NCBI GenBank assembly: GCA_051294375.1
Contig: CM119263.1
Location: 16,470,532 to 16,534,531 of the forward strand
Direction of reading: 5' to 3'
DNA from: Paraspadella gotoi
Taxonomy: Eukaryota > Animalia > Chaetognatha
DNA length: 64,000 nucleotides
Part shown: positions 13,454 through 27,425 of the stretch, one piece after another
Layout of the letters: every line of letters begins with the position of its first letter
Position numbering within the stretch: the stretch's first letter is position 1
Notes under the pieces: model-generated
Databases searched by the model: none
The model's input: the letters and a program-made list of their open reading frames with translations, nothing else
Told to the model about the DNA's origin: nothing
Program-made: the position numbers and the translations under genes

Positions 13454-14201
13454 CGAGGGGGAAGGGGAGGAAGGGAGGAAAGAGGGAGAAAGAGAGGGAG
13501 GAGGAGAGGGAGGGGAAGAAAGAAGAGGAAAAGAGGGTTACTCCTCTGGCGAAAACGACAAATCGAAATGGAAGGGAAAAAAGAAATCGAAAAAAGAGGA
13601 TTGAATTAAAAAAAAGAAAAAAAAAAAAAGAAAAAAGGCGGGAAATATTTAAATTTCTTTTTGTTCTTTGACTTTCGCATTTTCTTTTCTCTTTTTTTTT
13701 TTTTTTTTTAATTAACGAAAGAAGAATAGAGAGAATGGAAATGAAACTAATAACTGCCGCGGCTTTGCGAAAAATTTTTTTTTATTTCGCTGGTAAAAAA
13801 ATTTTAAACTAATTATAATCGCTTTGTTTTTTTCTTTTCCATAATTTTTTTTTGTTGCTTTACGTAAGTTGCAGTGGAGCTTCTAAGCCACGACCACTCA
13901 AAAAGTCACGCAAACGCGAAAGAAGAAAGTTTTCCCTTCATCTCCATTTTTTAATCCTAATTTGCATTAATTCCTTTTTTTCCTCCTTTTTTTGTTGACA
14001 AATCGTCTTTTTTCCTTGAGTCTTTTTCTTTTTTCTTTTATTTTTCTTTCTCTCTCTCTTTCATTATCTGTCTCTTTCGCCTACTCCCCCCCTTTTTATT
14101 TGATTCAATTTTTTAAATAATCGATATCGTCCTTCTCGTATTTAAATGTGGAATGGGCTATAATTCATTTTCATAGCTTTGCAATAAAATCCCCAAAATA
14201 T

Positions 14202-14268
<67 letters not shown>

Positions 14269-14512
14269 ATTCATTCATCAAATATCCTTTATCCATCTCT
14301 ACCGTATTCCAATGAAAATTTTTACATATTTTACCTCAAAATCGAGATTTTTGAAACATTTTACTTTTTTCGACGTTTGTGAAAACAATGTAAAAACACA
14401 AAAGCTTGAAGTGATTTATTTATTCCACAACTGATTTGTTACTGCTTACAATTATTATAGTGTTTTATAACAAAATTGTGAATGCTTTTTCCGTCGACGT
14501 CTGTTGATACTA

Positions 14513-15083
14513 CAGTCCTGTGCAAAAAAAGAGGACACTCTTAAATCCTAATTAGCACGCGTTTTATGCATGTATTCAAAAATTTTTAATTGATCAATGT
14601 ATATTTTTAAAAATAGAATCTATATGTGTAAGTTTTAAAAAAATCGGTCCAGCCATTCAAGTGGTCAAAACAAAAAAAAAGGGAAAATTTTTTTTTGAAT
14701 AACCGAATAAAACCGAGGATGCCATTCAGCCTTGATTTTTAGGCATTGTATTCAATTATTCATGTATCATCAAAAATTTGGCATGGAATTGGAAAAAGTT
14801 AATTTTTGAAAGCGGAATACATATGTTTAAGTTATAAGAAAATCGGTCTAGTCACTCCAGATCCAGAGATATGGTACCCTAAACACTTGAGGTTAAAATA
14901 TATACATTTTTCTGTTTTGTTTGAGTAGTTACTTTTAAAAAAATCGTTGCTCACAAATTTGCACCAATGGTTACTTTTTCCATAAAGTTTATTGACCTAT
15001 AATATTTTTCATAATAAAGAAATCTAACAAGATTTATTGGGGCAATGTTTTAGGGTGTCCTCTTTTTTTTTTGCACAGGTCTG
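14513..15083. mobile_element. Non-autonomous Tc1/mariner-type element (MITE-like)
   Basis: Left end ta|cagtcctgtgcaaaaaaagaggacac; right end gtgtcctctttttttttgcacaggtctg|tc. These form terminal inverted repeats of about 27 bp, with TA at the left flank; no transposase ORF inside. Confidence 0.8.
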
Positions 15084-16271
15084 TCGTATCAACAAATTTA
15101 ATCCCCACACATCATTTCACCTTCCCACCCGTTGTTTTCGATGTTGCTTGGTTGTCAACAAGCAATTTGTTTTCGAGATGAGGCCATCGCGAAGTCATCG
15201 CCGTTCCAGAAAGAAAACCTTTCAGCGCCGTCTACATCGGAATTTCAAAGAAAGTCTTTAAACAAGGAAACAAGTTCTTTCTCTTTCCACTTTTTTTCCT
15301 TTTTCTCATCATCACCGCAAGAGCAGAGATTGAGGTAGAGAGAGAGAGAGAGAGAGATTAGTATGTTCAAGGTTTGGTCAAAATGGCCAAAAAAAAACTA
15401 CTCACTTTGATGTATCAAACTTGTTTTTTGTTCTATCGTCATTCTAATCAGTTTGATAATAATTGTTCATAACCCTTTTTAAAATAAAAAGTCGTATACA
15501 GGTAATTATGCGAATTTGGTATACAAGTAAAACAGTTTCATAATTTCACAAAAGCGACCAGAAGAATTTTCGAATGCACGGTGAGGAGAACACGTGTGCG
15601 GTGTGCCCCTAACTCACCCTCCCTCCTTCCTCTCCTAAAAAAAAAAACAGAAAACAAATACAAAACCGCAGGAGGATTCTGCGCGCATTGCGTCCCACCG
15701 TTCCCATAGAACCCTAACCGGGAGGCTGACACCCGGCCTCCATGGTCGTCATGGAAACGCATTACGAGAACAACATCCGGATTTGAAAAGGAAAGGCGTA
15801 GTCGTGGAGAGGAGGACCGAAAGATGAGAGTTGGAAAAAGTAAGCTTTTGGGGCGTAGAGGCTTTACTTATACATTGTTATAGGTTCATAAAAAGAGTGA
15901 GACGACCGAAGAGAAAAGAAGTGAAGAGACATAAAGAATAGAAGGAAAGTAAACATGATAGTTTTGAAATAATGAATGCATAATGAAAAAATAATGAGAA
16001 GAAGTGTGTTATTTCAAGTAATGACTTGATCGTATGTAGTGGGGAAAAAAAGGAATGAAAGAAAACCAAAAAATAAAAAAGGTAAAACACTGAAGGGAAA
16101 TTAAAGGAAATCCGGAAACCGAAAGAAAAATAGAGGTGAGTTAGAAAATGGTAATAGAGAGGAAGATGGAAATTAAACAAGAACAGTTATTCCAGGTGTT
16201 GCGCCGCATTACTTTCCTTTTTACTTATCATGTCATTTATTCCTTATAGTTTATAAGATTTCTTTAAAAAC

Positions 16272-16428
16272 AAAAGGCGGTGCCAGTAATCGCTTAGATT
16301 TGATTTTTAACAAATGAGCAACAAACTATATGCAAGTGGTACAGGACTGACGGCAGACATACCAACGGACCGACCGAAAAGAGACTTATAGAGTTGCTCC
16401 GCAAGTACTCGCGGCGCAACTAAAAAAT
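16272..16428 (-). mobile_element. Short Helentron-associated (HINE/DINE-1-like) repeat
   Basis: On the minus strand: T-run, hairpin AGTTGCGCCGC..GCGGAGCAACT, then a degenerate (GTCN)n tract. This is the known 5' architecture of HINE-type elements. Confidence 0.5.
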
Positions 16429-19255
16429 AGGGGATGAAAAATAGAGCTTAGAACTAAGAAAAATACAAGTTAACAAGTAGGAGAATGGAGGGGAAAAATA
16501 GACAAATAGTAAAAAACAGAGAATGAAATGGTTAGAAAAAAAAGGTAGAAAAAATATGTAAATCGTGTCATAGAAAAAAAAAGAACTGAGCCAGAGGGAA
16601 GGAAAAACATTGTCATTAACAAACTGGTTTATGAGTTAACTAGTAATTAAATATTTTACAGATCAAAAACGTAAATATACAAAATGAGAAAGATAAGGTG
16701 GATGATGAAGAGAAATCGGAGGCACAGAGAAAGAAAAAAGGAGTAAGCGAGAAAATTAGAGATAAGTGGAAAAAGGAGACGAGAAAGATGCGATGGAGGC
16801 AGGAAAAAGAGAAAAACGCGGGAAGGAGGAAGTCTATGGATAAGAGTTTAAAAGGTAAAAAACAAAGAACCAGACACCATCTGGTGTAACGACTTGGAAT
16901 TACGATGTTAGGTAAAATTGAGGACAACAAATGGTACCTTTTTTTTCAGTTTAGTCTCCAATGAGAAAAGAAACTTTTAACTACGAAAAAAAATGTCAGC
17001 AGATTTTCCATCGTAATTTTTTGGATTTGTAGAGGTGCTAAAAAATAAAAATCCATCAAAGAAGATTGATGTTACGGTAAGGTCGTGCGTTAACTAATTA
17101 GGAGCTAAGGGAGAAAAATTTAAACAATGACGATAAATAGAGAAAAAAAAGATCCAAATGCAGTCATCATTTGTGGAAATAATATAAGAAAAATAAGAGA
17201 AAGAATAAGAAAAAAAAATGCTTAAAATAACGATAAGACGTTTGTGATTTCCAAAGCTGTTTATGATTAAAACGCAGAAAAAAATAGGAAACTCTAAAGC
17301 AAATAAATTTAGACGGAAAAAGACATTTAGTCCACAAAGAAAAAAGTAACCCAAAAAAAGAGGGAAATATTCTGAGGATCCCGGAAGAAGAGAAAACTAG
17401 TGGAGGAAAGAAAAAATGGAGGAATGTTTGCGAGGAAAGAAGAAGCAGCATCCATATTCTAAAATTAAAGGTCAGAGAAAGCGGCTCAGGCAGTGTCGGC
17501 GGCGGCGGCGGCGGCGGCGGGGCGCGGCGGCGGCGGACCTGAAAACAAATTACCCTTTTTTTTCTAAAGTCCTTCCTACTTTCTATTTTCTTTTTACGGC
17601 CTGTCTAAGGGTTTCCCTCACTGTTTTCGTCCCAATCTCACGTTTCTTTAATGCCCTTTCAAAAAAATGCCTTTCTTCTCTCTTTCTCTCTCCATCTCTC
17701 TTTCTCTCCATCTCCATTTCTTTCTACCTTACCTAGCAATCCTAGCAAGACTTCTTTATCAATCTTATCAATCAATTTTAAAAATATCAATCGTTACCCC
17801 TTTTGTTATCACTCTTCTAATCACCGTTTAATATTTACCATGTTCCATTTCTGACAAATTGATCTGGCTCATTTTATAATTCCTGGCATCAACATTCTCT
17901 GGAAGAAGAAGGAAAATTCTCTCGTTTCCAGTCGTTCTCTTTTTTTTTTTCTTTTTCAATTTATCATTTTCTTTCCCGCCATTTTGTTGTTGTTTTTCTG
18001 CCACAGGAACCCAAACCAGGGGACATTCACGAAACGACCTTTGATATAAATCTTACGATGCGAATCACACCCGGTCCGACACAGAGGAATTCTGCGACAC
18101 GCAGTAACCCTGTCTCTTCCACGAGGCCGGGTCTTCCCGTTGTTTTACAACACAGAGTCACAACGGACGAATCTCGTTAAATTCTCTAAAAGGAACTCGA
18201 GATCCTCGGGATCGAACCGGTGACCTTCCCGAGAAATGACGGAGATTCTACCGACGCGACTCGCCGAGTAAGTCGTCGTCGTTATCGTTCGTCGTCGTTC
18301 CCTTCACATTATTCCGGGCGAACGACGAGATTTCCTTCTTTTCATTTCTCATTTTCTCATTTTATGTTTTCGTCTTTTGTTCCGGAGTCGTCGGAGGTTG
18401 TAGATTGTCGAGCCTCGCTCGAAATTTACGGGAGCTGGAAGCAGAGACTCGGCGAGGCGAAAGCAAGCAGAGGCAAGCGGAAGAGAGAAGATTATGAAAA
18501 GGAGAGCGTACGTGTCCTTTTCGTTTAGTCCATCATAGAGAGTGAAAAGATTTGACCGCGGCAGGAGGGAGTTGGGAGGGAGGAAGGGGAGAGGGCGGGA
18601 GGGGTGAAGGAGCAGCCGGACTCTCATCGAGTTTATCTTCGACCAATACGAGTCACCATCTCAAGCAGCTGAGTTTTTTTTTCGGATTTTGCGAAAACAT
18701 TTTTTTTGGTTGCAAAATTCGTTATATCGCTTTATCCGTTTTCTTTCTCTTTTTTATTTGTTACGATTAATTTTCTTTCCGCTCTTTTCTCGAACTTTAC
18801 ACGTCCGTCGCTGTGACGAGCCTCCTAAGGTCGATGGCTTGAGTTTATAGAAATCTCACAATTTTATTTTTTTATATGACCCATCCATCATTAATTCGAT
18901 ATTTGCCTTTGAATATTATCATTTCTTATCTATTAAATTTTTTATAATAATATCTGCGTGCGCGTATATAAGTCAAACTCCTTAGTATTACTTCATTTCC
19001 ATTCCGCAAACGTCTCCCTCTTATTCGAAAGGTGTCCCGTTTTTTCCTTCCGCGTACCAATTTTTTCTCTCCAATTTACTATTCCCAGTTTGCCATTTCG
19101 AATTCCCATCCCCAATTTGCCATTCCCAATCCTTCTCCCCAATTTCTTTATCCCAGTTCGCCCTTGTGGGCACGCTTGGCACAAGTGCCCCTTATACCAG
19201 GATTCAACGAGGCTCCCTGTCTCCATCATTTAATTCTTCACCTTCTCTCTCTCTA

Positions 19256-19306
<51 letters not shown>

Positions 19307-19328
19307 ATTCTCTCTCTTCTCTCCTCTG

Positions 19329-19370
<42 letters not shown>

Positions 19371-19705
19371 CGGCATCTGCCCTTTCTCTTTCTTCTCACT
19401 TCTACGTTACATTCTTTTTTCTTTTTTTCAAAAGAAAAAAAATATTCTTTAAAGTTTCCCTCTCATTTTAACAGGGCCTTATGAATCTTCAAGCACAAGG
19501 GACAACAACAGCGATCCAATACCCCTATGCTTCATTTATCTCCCTGTAGGCCATCTTCGACAACACCACTACTAAGCACAAAAATTCCATAGCCGGACTA
19601 CGTCTATCATCTTCCGGTTCTTCCGTTCTCATTTTTTTGTTTCCTCACACATTTTTTTTTTTTTTATCTAACTCTTTTTCATTTTTACAATCAACTGGCC
19701 ACAAT

Positions 19706-19878
19706 CCTCTGACACCCCAACACCTCCTCCACATCCTCTGACACCCCAACACCTCTCCACATTCTCTGACACTCCAACGCCTCCTCCATATCCTCTGACA
19801 CCCCAACACCTCCATTTCCATCCTCTGACACCCCAACACCTCCTTCCACCATCCTCTGACCACCCACACTCCTCCACA
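19706..19878 (+). repeat. Minisatellite of about 30 bp (atcctctgacaccccaacacctcctccac), about six units; mirrored at 21761-21938
   Basis: Directly visible tandem units. Confidence 0.9.
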
Positions 19879-20819
19879 TTTAACTCCCGATTTCGCCATC
19901 CCGATTGCGCGGAACCAAATCTCGCTGAGGCGCTGATTTGCGTGCCACTCCTCCGCCACTTCCTTCCATCCCGACGTCGGTTGTCCCGGCGCGCCCGGCG
20001 CCGTCCACTTCGCGCACACCACGGCATTGGGGGCGAGGCTTGGAAGGCGCTTCCTTCGCGCCATCCGAGGCCAAGAGCTTTTAACCCCTCGCCGCCTGAA
20101 TCCGCTGGGGAGGAGGAGAAACTTAAATTTCACTTGCAGATAAGAACTCGTTCTTTGAGCCTCCTTCCCTTTTTTTATACCCAAAAACCACTTCCCATCT
20201 GCGAAACTCGCTCCCATCTGTGAGTCCCAGTATCATCTTCAAAAGGGACTTAAAATTGTGAATGTGACTGCCATCTTCAAAACTCTTTTCCGTTTTCATC
20301 TGTTGAAACGAAGTTCCATCTAAAAAGTCCCATCTGATTAGAATTACTACCGTCGGTGAAAGACACTCACAAACCACGAAAGACTCTTTCGTACTAATCA
20401 ACAAAAACTCACTCCACATACTATTTCGTTCGAAATTTAAATCAGTGAAAACAAGTCTCGACTCCCTTAACTCCGGCTACGTTTTTCTAAATAAAAAAAA
20501 ACACGAAAAAAGAATTAAGAAAAAAAACCAAGGATAAGAAAAACGAAAAGAAAAAAAAAGGATAAAAAAGAAAAGAATCAGACAGAGGGCGTGAAGCGGC
20601 GAGCAATAAAACCAAGAGCGACCATCCATCTATTTGAGCCCGGCCCGGCCGCGGCACCGTCTAGACTCCAAGAAAACACGGAAATGGAATCTTTCCATTA
20701 AGTAAAAATGAATAAAAATGAAGAGAGAGAAAAAAAAACAGTTTCCTCTTTTTTTAGTTACAGGGAAAAACGGTCGCCATCTGTACTGTTATTTCCCTTG
20801 GTGGGCGAAATCCGTATAC

Positions 20820-20851
<32 letters not shown>

Positions 20852-20868
20852 TCCTCTCTCTCTTCTCT

Positions 20869-20893
20869 NNNNNNNNNNNNNNNNNNNNNNNNN
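20869..20893. other. Assembly gap (25 N) at the centre of the inverted duplication
   Basis: N run. Other gaps at 7114-7138, 7447-7506, 12259-12268 and 24156-24165. Confidence 1.
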
Positions 20894-22279
20894 GAGGAAA
20901 CTATTTTTTTTTCTCTCTCTTCATTTTTATTCATTTTTACTTAATGGAAAGATTCCATTTCCGTGTTTTCTTGGAGTCTAGACGGTGGGCCGGGCCGGGC
21001 CGGGCTCAAATAGATGATGGTCTCTCTTGGTTTTATTGCTCGCCCTCACGCCCTCTGTCTGATTCCTTTTCTTTTTTATCCTTTTTTTTTCTTTTCGTTT
21101 TCTTATCCTTGGTTTTTTTTTCTTAATTTTTTTTCGTGTTTTTTTTATTTAGAAAAACGTAGCCGGGAGTTAAGGGAGTCGAGACTTGTTTTCACTGATT
21201 TTAAATTTCGACGAAATAGTATGTGGAGTGAGTTTTGTTGATTAGTACGAAAGAGTCTTTCGTGGTTGTGAGTGTCTTTCACCGACGGTAGTAATTCTAA
21301 CAGATGGGACTTTTTTAGATGGAACTTCGTTTCACAGATGAAAACGGAAAAGAGTTTTGAAGATGGCAGTCACATTCACAATTTTAAGTCCCTTTTGAAG
21401 ATGATACTGGGACTCACAGATGGGAGCGAGTTTCGCAGATGGGAAGTGGTTTTTGGGTATAAAAAAAAGGGAAGGAGGCTCAAAGAACGAGTTCTGATCT
21501 GCAAGTGAAATTTAATTTCTCCTCCTCCCCAGCGGATTCAGGCGGCGAGGGGTTAAAAGCTCTTGGCCTCGGATGGCGCGAAGGAAGCGCCTTCCAAGCC
21601 TCGCCCCAATGCCGTGGTGGCGCGGAAGTGGACGGCGCCGGGCGCGCCGGGACAACCGACGTCGGGATGGAAGGAAGTGGCGGAGGAGTGGCACGAATCC
21701 AGCGCCTCAGCGAGATTTGGTTCCGCGCAATCGGGAATGGCCGAAACTCGAGGAGTTAAATGTGGAGGAGGTGTTGGGGTGGTCAGAGGATGGTGGAAGG
21801 AGGTGTTGGGTGTCAGAGGATTGGAATGGAGGTGTTGGGGTGTCAGAGGATATGGAGGAGGCGTTGGAGTGTCAGAGATGTGGATGAGGTGTTGGGGTGT
21901 CAGAGGATGTGGAGGAGGTGTTGGAGGTGTCAGAGGATTGTGGCCAGTTGAATTGTAAAAATGAAAAAAGAGTTAGATCTAAAAAAAAAAAAAAATGTGT
22001 GAGGAAACAAAAAAATGAGAACGGAAGAACCGGAAGATGATAGACGTAGTCGGCTATGGAATTTTTGTGCTTAGTAGTGGTGTTGTCGAGATGGCCTACA
22101 GGGAGATAAATGAAGCAGGGGTATTGGATCGCTGTTGTTGTCCCTTGGCTTGAAGATTCATAAGGCCCTGTTAAATGAGAGGGAAACTTTTAAAGAATAT
22201 TTTTTTTCTTTTTGGAAAAAAGAAAAAAGAATGTAACGTTAGAAGTGAGAAGGAAAGAGAAAGGGCAGATGCCGAAGAA

Positions 22280-22315
<36 letters not shown>

Positions 22316-22393
22316 AGCAGAGGAGAGAAGAGAGAGAACGACGATGAGAGAGAAGAAGAGAGAGAAAGAGACGAGAGAGATGAGAGAGAGAGA

Positions 22394-22425
<32 letters not shown>

Positions 22426-23392
22426 AGGTGGAAGATTAAATGATGGGAGACAGGGAGCCTCGTTGAATCCTGGTATAAGGGGCACTTGTGCCAAGCGTGC
22501 CCCACAATGGCGAACTGGGAATAGAAAATTGAGGGAGAAGGATTGGGAATGGCAAATTGGGGATGGGGAATTCGAAATGGCAAACTGGGAATAGTAAATT
22601 GGAGAGAAAAATTGGGTACGAGGAACGACACTTCGAATAAGAGAGACGTTTTGGGAATGGGAAATGAAGTAATACTAAGGAGTTGACTTATATACGCGCA
22701 CGCAGATATTATTATAAAAAATTTAAATAGATAAGAAATGATAATATTCAAAGGCAAATATCGAATTAATGATGGATGGGTCATATAAAAAAATAAAATT
22801 GTGAGATTTCTAAAACTCAAGCCATCGACCTTAGGAGGCGTTCACAGCGACGGACGTGTAAAGTTCGAGAAAAGAGCGGAAAAGAAAATTAATCGTAACA
22901 AATAAAAAAAGAGAAAGAAAACGGATAAAGCGATATAACGAATTTTGCAACCAAAAAAAATGTTTTCGCAAAATCCGAAAAAAAACTCAGCTGCTTGAGA
23001 TGGTGACTCGTATTGGTCGAAGATAAACTCGATGAGAGTCCGGCTGCTCCTCATCCCCCTCCCGCCCTTCTCCCCCTTCCTCCTCCCACTCCCTCCCTGC
23101 CGCGGTCAAATCTTTTCACTCTCTATGATGGACTAAACGAAAAGGAACACGTACGCTCTCCTTTCATAATCTTCTCTCTTCCGCTTGCCTCTGCTTGCTT
23201 TCGCTCGCCGAGTCTCTGCTTCCAGCTCCCGTAAATTTCGAGCGAGGCTCGACAATCTACAACCTCCCGACGACTCCGGAACAAAAGACGAAAACATAAA
23301 ATGAGAAAATGAGAAATGAAAAGAAGGAAATCTCGTCGTTCGCCCGGAATAATGTGAAGGGAACGACGACGACGATAACGACGACGACTTAC

Positions 23393-24122
23393 TCGGCGAG
23401 TCGCGTCGGGTAGAATCTCCGTCATTTCTCGGGAAAGGTCACCGGTTCGATCCCGAGGATCTCGAGTTCCTTTTAGAGAATTTAACGAGATTCGTCCGTT
23501 GTGACTCTGTGTTGTAAAACAACGGGGAAGACCCGGCCTCGTGGAAGAGACAGGGTTACTGCGTGTCGCAGAATTCCTCTGTGTCGGGACCGGGTGTGAT
23601 TCGCACGTAAGATTTATATCAAAGGTCGTTTCGTGAATGTCCCCGGTTTGGGTTCCTGTGGCAGAAAAACAACAACAAAAGGGCGGGAAAGAAAATGATA
23701 AATTGAAAAAGAAAAAAAAAGAGAACGACTGGAAACGAGAGAATTTTTCCTTCTTCTTCCAGAGAATGTTGATGCCAGGAATTATTAAAATGAGGCCAGA
23801 TCAATTTGTCAGAAATGGAACATGGTAAATATTAAACGGTGATTAGAAGAGTGATAAAAAAGGGGTAACGATTGATATTTTAAAATTTGATTGATAAGAT
23901 TGATAAAGAAGTCTTGCTAGGATTGCTAGGTAGGTAAGAAAGAGATGGAGAGGGAGAGAAAGAGAGATGGAGAGAGAAAGAGAGAAAGAAAGGCATTTTT
24001 TGAAAGGGCATAAAGAAACGTGAGATTGGGACGAAAACAGTGAGGGAAACCCTTAGACAGGCCGTAAAAAGAAATAGAAAGTAGGAAGGACTTTAGAAAA
24101 AAAGGGTAATTTGTTTTCAGGT

Positions 24123-24155
<33 letters not shown>

Positions 24156-26003
24156 NNNNNNNNNNCGACACTGCCTGAGCCGCTTTCTCTCGACCTTTAA
24201 ATTTAGAATATGGATGCTGCTTCTTCTTTCCTCGCAAACATTCCTCCATTTTTTCTTTCCTCCACTAGTTTTCTCTTCTTCCGGGATCCTCAGAATATTT
24301 CCCTCTTTTTTTGGGTTACTTTTTTCTTTGTGGACTAAATGTCTTTTTCCGTCTAAATTTATTTGCTTTAGAGTTTCCTATTTTTTTCTGTTTTAATCAT
24401 AAACAGCTTTGGAAATCACAAACGTCTTATCGTTATTTTAAGCATTTTTTTTCTTATTTTTCTCTTATTTTTCTTATATTATTTCCACAAATGATGACTG
24501 CATTTGGATCTTTTTTTTCTTCTATTTATCGTCATTGTTTAAATTTTTCTCCCTTAGCTCCTAATTAGTTAACGCACGACCTTACCGTAACATCAATTCT
24601 TCTTGATGGATTTTTAGTTTTTTAGCACCTCTACAAATCCAAAAAATTACGATGGAAAATCTGCTGACATTTTTTTTCGTGGTTAAAAGTTTCCTTTTCT
24701 CATTGGAGACTAAAACTGAAAAAAAAGGTACCATTTGTTTTCCTCAATTTTACCTAACATCGTAATTCCAAGTCGTTACACCAGATGGTGTCTGGTTCTT
24801 TGTTTTTTACCTTTTAAACTCTTATCCATAGACTTCCTCCTTCCCGCGTTTTTCTTTTTCCTGCCTCCATCGCATCTTTCTCGTCTCCTTTTTCCACTTA
24901 TCTCTAATTTTCTCGCTTACTCCTTTTTCTTTTCTCTTGTGCCTCCGATTTCTCTTCATCATCCACCTTATCTTTCTCATTTTGTATATTTACGTTTTTG
25001 ATCTGTAAAATATTTAATTACTAGTTAACTCATAAACCAGTTTTGTTAATGACAATGTTTTTCCTTCCCTCTGGCTCAGTTCTTTTTTTTTTCTATGACA
25101 CGATTTACATATTTTTTCTACCTTTTTTTTTCTAACCATTTCATTCTCTGTTTTTTACTATTTGTCTATTTTTCCCCTCCATTCTCCTACTTGTTAACTT
25201 GTATTTTCTTAGTTCTAAGCTCTATTTTTCATCCCCTATTTTTTAGTTGCGCCGCGAGTACTTGCGGAGCAACTCTATAAGTCTCTTTTCGGTCGGTCCG
25301 TTGGTATGTCTGTCCGTCAGTCTGTCCCACTTGCATATAGTTTGTTGCTCATTTGTTAAAAATCAAATCTAAGCGATTACTGGCACCGCCTTTTGTTTTT
25401 AAAGAAATCTTATAAACTATAAGGAATAAATGACATGATAAGTAAAAAGGAAAGTAATGCGGCGCAACACCTTGGAATAACTGTTCTTGTTTAATTTCCA
25501 TCTTCCTCTTATTACCATTTTCTAATCTTCACCTCTATTTTCTTTCGGTTTCCGGATTTCCCTTTAATTTCCCTTCAGTGTTTTACCTTTTTTATTTTTT
25601 GGTTGTTCTTTCATTCCTTTTTTTCCCCCACTACATACGATCAAGTCATTACTTGAAATAACACACTTCTTCTCATTATTTTTTCATTATGCATTCATTA
25701 TTTCAAAACTATCATGTTTACTTTCCTTCTATTCTTTATGTCTCTTCACTTCTTTTTCTCTCCGGTCGTCTCACTCTTTTTTATGAACCTATAACAATGT
25801 ATAAGTAAAGCCTCTACGCCCCAAAAGCTTACTTTTCCAACTCTCATCTTTCGGTCCTCCCTCTCCACGACTACGCCTTTCCTTTTCCAAATCCGGATGT
25901 TGTTTCTCGTAATGCGTTTCCATGACGACCATGGAGGCCGGGTTCAGCCTCCCGGTTAGGGTTTCTATGGGAACGGTGGGACGCAATGCGCGCAGAATCC
26001 CTC
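23393..26003 (-). CDS. Unidentified gene fragments in the right arm: exons 25833-26003 and 23393-23655, possibly a terminal exon near 21553-21748
   Basis: ccgcag|GGILRALRPTVPIETLTGRLNPASMVVMETHYEKQHPD..SWK|gtaagc (phase 1) joins ccacag|TQTGDIHETTFDINLTCESHP..DATRR|gtaagt. Both frames are open here but broken in the left-arm copies. Confidence 0.4.
25240..25400 (+). mobile_element. Short HINE-like repeat (mirror copy within the inverted duplication)
   Basis: tttttagttgcgccgcgagtacttgcggagcaactctataagtctcttttcggtcggtccgttggtatgtctgtccgtcagtctgtcc. Confidence 0.5.
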
Positions 26004-27385
26004 CTGCGGTTTTGTATTTGTTTTCTGTTTTTTTTTTTAGGAGAGGAAGGAGGGAGGGTGAGTTAGGGGCACACCGCACACGTGTTCTCCTCACCGTGCA
26101 TTCGAAAATTCTTCTGGTCGCTTTTGTGAAATTATGAAACTGTTTACTTGTATACCAAATTCGCATAATTACCTGTATACGACTTTTTATTTTAAAAAGG
26201 GTTATGAACAATTATTATCAAACTGCATTAGAATGACGATAGAACAAAAAACAAGTTGATACATCAAAGTGAGTAGTTTTTTTTGGCCATTTTGACCAAC
26301 CTTGAACATACTAATTTTTTTCTCAAACTTTTTCTCCTTTGCTCAATGCCGATTCTTGACGTTTCTTTCCTTTGGTTTCTTCTGTTTATTTTAAGACTCA
26401 GTTATACACCGTACAAAGAATTTCGAGGTTGTTCTCCTACTATTTCGTATCACGAGGTTGTTTCTCCCCCTTCGAAGAAAAAAAAAAGGAAAACGATTTC
26501 TTCGTTGGGGGAAAGAGGAAAAGCGAAATGAATCTTAGCGAGCGCGAGGTTTGTTTACGTTGTAAATTTCCGCTACTCGCTCCAAAAAATCAGCCAGAGG
26601 GGGGGGGGCAGAGGAGGGATGGCTGCTGACTCTGGAGGACAAAATGGCGGATTGTAGGAGCAAACGGGCGAGTGGAGTGGCGAAATCGAGAGGCGAACGT
26701 GGGTCAGTTGAGAGGAAGCATCTTTGCTTCTAGATGGCAGATTACTTTTTCAAATACTATATCCAATGAATATTATCCATGATCCACATTGTGAATTCCC
26801 CAATGGCTCGAGCAAGTCTGTGAGGTGGATTGTTTTCCTCCCGACGTTTTTAAGATCGAGTTCCAATTGAGGCTGAAAAGAAAAAAGCGGAAAAGTGACG
26901 CATAAGACGTGAATAACCGGGGTTATGCCGTAAAAAAAACGAGTCGGAGAGACGGAGCGCGTTCCAAAATAGTACGTGAGAAGATTTCATCACCGAGGGG
27001 CTTCATATTGTGAATCGGCTACAAAGGGAGGCTTTCACTCCGAAGCTCGTGATTGAGGAAAGATCCGTGATCAAAGATTCACGAACGTCGGCTACTCCTC
27101 ATTCGCCCGCGATTCGGTTTCGGTTCCTCGATTCGCTACGATCAATTGTCTTCTGATTTTCCTCGCGAGGCCGTTGCAATCATTGTTTGTTTCCCTGGCC
27201 TTTGATTCCCGACTCGGCATTCTTTGATTTCTTACTGTTTATATAGTGTTGTAGTTTTTAATCCTTTAGACTCAGTTATTGTGGGTTCAATTACGATTAA
27301 AATACGATTAGATTCTGATTTAAAAAAATGAAAAAATCAAATTAGGTATTTTGTGCATTTTTCGATCGTAGGAGAGAGAGCGAAT

Positions 27386-27425
<40 letters not shown>

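Larger units (their letters stand above)
15357..20748 (+). repeat. Left arm of 5.4-kb inverted duplication
   Basis: Reverse complement of 20894-26315 at every point checked (e.g. attagtatgttcaagg.. vs ..ccttgaacatactaat); differences are mostly small indels. Confidence 0.95.
20894..26315 (-). repeat. Right arm of 5.4-kb inverted duplication
   Basis: Begins immediately after the 25-N gap (20869-20893) and mirrors 15357-20748. Confidence 0.95.

Noticed and set aside
19706-19878. ORFs with repeated EVLGCQR/RCWGVRG peptides
   Set aside because: Products of a 30-bp minisatellite; frames differ between the two arm copies.
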